Source of the DNA: an uncultured bacterium
GTDB lineage: Bacteria; Acidobacteriota; Thermoanaerobaculia; Multivoradales; JAHZIX01
Length of the DNA stretch: 64,000 bases
Assembly (NCBI GenBank): GCA_965368975.1
Contig: CBDUPA010000003.1
Span: 128,001 to 192,000, forward strand
Reading direction: 5' to 3'
Within the stretch, counting starts at the first letter, position 1; each line of letters begins with the position of its first letter. The notes under the pieces are model-generated. The model made no database searches, had not been told where the DNA came from, and was given only the letters and a program-made list of their open reading frames with translations. Made by a program: the position numbers and the translations under genes. Of this stretch, positions 61,101-64,000 are shown in pieces.

Positions 61101-63365
61101 CGGAGAGCGGGTGGCGACCACTTCGACGCCAACAAAAGGCAGACCATCGACGTCTTTCACAGTGCCCTCGATCCGCGGGTGCGGCACCAGTTGGAAGTCG
61201 ATACCGGGAGTCACGGAAGACTGTGCCTCGAGCGGTTCACCGTCTAGTGGCTGGCAGCGGCTGTCTCTGATGTCGGTTGTGTACAGCGGACAAGTCTTGC
61301 CGCCGTAGAGCTGATCTTCATGGGTGCGTGAGCTGTCGGTGTACAGGAAGTAGGTAGTGCCCGGCTCGGTAACCAGCAGGTAGCTGCCGTCGTCTGCGGT
61401 GCGTGTGAAGACAGTTCTAGATCGGTCCGGGTCAAAGGCCAGCACCAAGCGCTCGGCCAGCGGAGTCCCTTCGGTGTCGGTGACGCGGCCCGCGAAGGCC
61501 GAGCCGCTGAAGGCGTCAGCCTCCGATTGCATCCGGAAATCGGCACGCAGACTCGGATAGTGGCGGCCAGTGCGTTGCAGGTCGATGACGGTCAAGCCGA
61601 CGAGCTGAGTCAGAGGACAGCTGTCCGGCGGGCACTCGGCACCGTCGAAGAGCTGCGTCACAAACCCATCGGCGCTCACCTGGAGCAAGTAGCTCCAGGC
61701 CGGCAAGTTGCGCAGAATGTAGTTGCCGTCGGCATCGGTGCTCGTGGTGCGGATGAACTGAGAGTCCCGGTCACCCTCCAAGAGCTGGAGTCGAGCGCCC
61801 TCCACAGCCTGCCCATGACTATCCGTTACGCGTCCGTAGATGTGGATGTCGTCGGTCAAGAAGACATCGATGCCCGAGCTTTCCTGGCCGGCCTGGACTT
61901 GAACCGCCTGGCCTTGCAACGGATCGCAACCGGTGGGGCAAGGAACGCCACCGTAGAGCGTACCGTCCGCCGATTGAGTGTCTCGATTGACCTGGACGAA
62001 GTACTCGCCAGTGGGCATGCCCGCCAAGCGGTACGAACCGTCGAGTGTCAGGCGACTCGCGTACAAGCGCCCCTGCTCGTCGTAGACGCGCACCACGATT
62101 ACTTGCAGCGAACTCGGTGGGGTCGCGGGAGTACCATCGGCATTGAAGATCTGACCGCTAATTGCGCCGCCGCGGGCGAGCTGGAGGTCGATGCCGTTCA
62201 GGTGACTGCCGGTACGCAAGGGAAGGACCGTTCCGATCTGTTCGGTGCCGCAGAACCTGGAATCCAGCTCCAGCTGAATGTCGTCGTACGCTTCGTTGAT
62301 GTGTTCGCGGGCCTGGCGCGAGTGGAGGTAGGCATCCTGAACGTCGAAGCCCGGCGAAAAGGCGGGCGTTCTGCCGAGTCGGTAGTCACCGGTCTCCGCA
62401 TCGGTCAAGGTCGAGGCGATGAAGAAACCGAAATCTCGATTGCACAAGGCGACCTGCGCTCTCAGTGGTGAACCGTCCTCATCGCTGGTGATCTTGCCGG
62501 CGACAGTCGGAGGGCTACCCGCGCGTATCTGGTACTCACCTGCCGCCGCCGCATCGAAGCCAGCGAGTCGGATCAGAACCTCGTCGCCGGCTGGTAACAG
62601 GAGGGAAGCGATACCTTGAAGGCCGACACTGTCGTCGCTGCAGGTGACTTCATTGCTGGCTCCGAAGACCTGGTTAACGCCGAAACCAGGACAGCTCCGG
62701 TGTACGGAGACGGTAGTGTCGAAATCGGAACCGAGGCTGCTGAAGCTCACGAAGCCGGTCTCGAGCGCCGTGTAACGGAACCAAACGTCACGCCCTCCGG
62801 CTGCGCTACAGTTGCTCTCACCGTCAGCAGTGGCTTCGCTCAGGTTGCCAGTACGAATCTGGCCGAGCGCGAGCGAAAGGGCATTGGCGCAATCGTCGTT
62901 GGTCGGGGCTACCTTGTCACTCATCCCTGTCCGGCTACCGGAGGTGACCGGTAGTTCTCCCGCGGTGGGCAGCTGCTCGAGAGCCTCGAATCGGCCTTCC
63001 TGGAAGAACTCGACAGCCAACCGGAAGTTGTGCGCCAGGGCGCGCAGGGCGTCCACCTTGGCCGGCGGTAGGCCGGAGGCCAGCAGCTCATCGAGCTGAT
63101 GATCGAGCTGCGCAACCCGTGTTCGCCAGGTGGCGAGCTGTTCTGCCCCGTCCTTGTCGGTGGGCTCGGTGTCGCGAACCTCGACCAGCCAGCCCTGGAG
63201 CTGCCGATCGAGTTCCTGTAGTTCGAGGTGGCTGGTTCGCTGCCCTGGCTGTACCTCCTGGGCTGCGATTGGCAAAGTCGCGAGGCACAGGAGCAGCAGG
63301 ACGAGTACCGGCAGGAAGGTAGTCGGGGCTGCACGGAAAAGGCGAGGGAGATGAGTCTTAGGCAT
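58173..63365 (-). CDS. Secreted Cys-loop repeat protein, long form (array copy 4; 13 repeats)
   Basis: ATG 63365 follows GGAGA; signal peptide LVLLLLCLATLPIAA; collinear with copy 3; ends ADFSLRSVLAPN. Confidence 0.88.
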   Translation of the reverse strand: MPKTHLPRLFRAAPTTFLPVLVLLLLCLATLPIAAQEVQPGQRTSHLELQELDRQLQGWLVEVRDTEPTDKDGAEQLATWRTRVAQLDHQLDELLASGLPPAKVDALRALAHNFRLAVEFFQEGRFEALEQLPTAGELPVTSGSRTGMSDKVAPTNDDCANALSLALGQIRTGNLSEATADGESNCSAAGGRDVWFRYTALETGFVSFSSLGSDFDTTVSVHRSCPGFGVNQVFGASNEVTCSDDSVGLQGIASLLLPAGDEVLIRLAGFDAAAAGEYQIRAGSPPTVAGKITSDEDGSPLRAQVALCNRDFGFFIASTLTDAETGDYRLGRTPAFSPGFDVQDAYLHSRQAREHINEAYDDIQLELDSRFCGTEQIGTVLPLRTGSHLNGIDLQLARGGAISGQIFNADGTPATPPSSLQVIVVRVYDEQGRLYASRLTLDGSYRLAGMPTGEYFVQVNRDTQSADGTLYGGVPCPTGCDPLQGQAVQVQAGQESSGIDVFLTDDIHIYGRVTDSHGQAVEGARLQLLEGDRDSQFIRTTSTDADGNYILRNLPAWSYLLQVSADGFVTQLFDGAECPPDSCPLTQLVGLTVIDLQRTGRHYPSLRADFRMQSEADAFSGSAFAGRVTDTEGTPLAERLVLAFDPDRSRTVFTRTADDGSYLLVTEPGTTYFLYTDSSRTHEDQLYGGKTCPLYTTDIRDSRCQPLDGEPLEAQSSVTPGIDFQLVPHPRIEGTVKDVDGLPFVGVEVVATRSPEYRPFPTLTNQTTTDAEGRYSLPVPAGDHFLYFSKGIMPQVLGAPPCDDLFNVFSCPTEGATAVAVEAADVTGVDLQARGFGTLTGRVLDMAGQPVSDGSVLLRNDLGVVLGSGTPNLQGEYEIGGIPVGKHWLEYSGAGWVGELYDNLPCLPSCPPLEQGLAVNFTGSRVPQTGFDFQLDALAVLHARFVDATNGAKLSDPDLQLWHAGSGEPAHVLRRTVDGEFEFFDIQPGSYRLSASRFGYNGQIYGGSACTETCTSAPDGDILHIGLGDVISGIEFRLVPFGAISGRITGAFTGRGTSSDIVVWASTGQQVTTASSSQFADGNYTTRALPDGFYYVGATNRNQMPRLFPDVDCPDGFDRAPCMRGPGSDALLVEVVNGRLTANIDLVLTPLSTGLRGDVRTADSQPIDGVHVDIWDASTGAHVERIEVTSSNFAAELPPGGYFVSTHNDRGWRDEVYRGVICAEGSAWLGRCDPSSGTAVEVASPAFPFVSFRLTQRSARGDVPETSTPVQALRIPIGSSGAGPAASSSQATSRIHGTVTDRSGTPLQDIEVLLQSLFGNILTSTSTQADGSYLLDNLEPGYYVLVARSVSASAPYVEQIFDGIDCTPVCSNRSFDLRFDGGTPVPLAADSSVEDIDFRLRAGGLITGRVFTSGQRTGTNEPVPSGQVRFQNADGSLSGWLNIAADGTFASSPLPPGRYYLTAVSFGFEAQNYDRIPCPLDYTIAFRPFSCDPTQGRPVHVRAGQTTSSIDFYLRPWARISGYLYDAVSGEPLPGMTIEAVAPAFEQSWRTRSNRAGRYILDNLPVGTYFLRTLGAGGENYANVLYDGLSCRGACEPTKGKPILGDPGVDRTINLYLPRSPLRVFGTVRNAASGAVLHNIRVEVYDANGALVATTYSNFDGSYLINLPPGQYHVLTDNNLGFVDQVYPNQECPIVDGSSACDPGSGTPLTLDFETGQRADFSLRSVLAPN

Positions 63366-63508
63366 CGGGAGATTCTCCGGTTCGATGGGGGTTCCTGCTT
63401 GCTCCGATTCTCCTTGAGATCGGGATGACCTCACGGGACCTCCGAAAGGCGGTTCTATGTGTGTCCAAATCACTTTCTCATGCAGGTGCCGCTAGTAGGC
63501 TTCATGAG

Positions 63509-63538
63509 GTAGGCGCAAGACTCGCGGGAACGGGATCA
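63509..63538 (-). promoter_or_regulatory. Conserved bipartite upstream motif (ECF-promoter-like), copy B
   Basis: Minus strand TGATCCCG-N10-TCTTGCGCCTAC, about 145 nt upstream of the copy 4 start. Confidence 0.6.
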
Positions 63539-63574
63539 CCGGCAAGTCCGCGCCAGGAGGTGCTGAGTCCGCGG

Positions 63575-64000
63575 TCACGGCGCCAGCACGCTGCGCAAGG
63601 CGAAATCGGCGCGTTGACCGGTCTCGAAGTCGAGGGCAACCGGAGTGCCCGCGGTGGGATCGCAGACGTCGGCGCACTCCTGATCTGGGTACGCCTGATC
63701 AACGAAGCTCAGATCGTTCGACGTCACGACGTGGTACTGGCCGGGCGGCAGGTCGAAGCGGTACTCGCCGTCGTCTTCGCTGAAAGTCCAGTCCACGAGG
63801 GTGCCGGCGAGATCGTAGACCTCGATCCGGACGTTGCCCAGCGGGGCGCCGCTGACGGCGCTGCGAAGGGTGCCGAAGAGGTGTAGTGGCCGGCGGGGCA
63901 GTTGCAGGTCGATGCGCTGGCGGACGCCGGCACTGACGGAGATCGTCGTACCTTTGGTGGGTTCGCAGGGTTCCTGGCAGGTCAAGCCCTGGAACAGCAC
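63575..64000 (-). CDS. C-terminal fragment of a fifth array paralog (long form), truncated by the window edge
   Basis: LTCQEPCEPTKG...LFGTLRSAVSG...YPDQECADVCDPTAG...ADFALRSVLAP, collinear with the last two repeats of copies 3 and 4. Confidence 0.9.
   Translation of the reverse strand: MLFQGLTCQEPCEPTKGTTISVSAGVRQRIDLQLPRRPLHLFGTLRSAVSGAPLGNVRIEVYDLAGTLVDWTFSEDDGEYRFDLPPGQYHVVTSNDLSFVDQAYPDQECADVCDPTAGTPVALDFETGQRADFALRSVLAP

Noticed and set aside
45741-64000. Diversity-generating retroelement or invertase-driven shuffling as the source of loop variation
   Set aside because: No reverse transcriptase, recombinase, adenine-specific TR/VR pair or inverted gene segments are seen in the window; such genes could lie outside it.
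1-64000. CRISPR arrays, tRNA/rRNA genes, IS elements, prophage genes
   Set aside because: No regularly spaced repeats, structural RNA signatures or transposase/integrase/phage motifs were recognised by eye; small ncRNAs cannot be excluded.

Overview
High-GC bacterial DNA with no rRNA, tRNA, CRISPR array or transposase/integrase recognisable by eye. The protein repertoire is reminiscent of Acidobacteriota such as Thermoanaerobaculia, but that is only an inference. Four blocks: (1) 1-20.9 kb, the 5'-truncated end of a giant NRPS (A-T-C-T-C-A-T-E-C-A-T-C-A(MT)-T-C-A-T-TE) with an A-less module, an Asx/Glx-only predicted residue set, a DPRH-type A domain and an apparently lid-less TE. (2) 20.8-28.5 kb, two membrane-anchored TPR receptors (an atypical class III cyclase and a Ser/Thr kinase) flanking a subtilisin. 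(3) 28.9-45.7 kb, housekeeping and peptidase genes: meaB, rimO, ribF, trxA, M24, DUF3857-transglutaminase-TPR, M12, a GNAT/NSAR/M20 D-to-L amino acid operon, orphan ParA and a REC-GGDEF protein. (4) 45.7-64 kb, a head-to-tail array of at least five paralogous secreted proteins made of beta-sandwich repeats that each carry a variable Cys-closed loop. One copy is frameshifted in a G10 tract, two share an ECF-like upstream motif, and the two short copies share a C-terminal DxFESG...W tail with the M12 peptidase. This array and the NRPS are the strongest candidates for undescribed biology. Domain boundaries and specificity codes were read by eye and are approximate.
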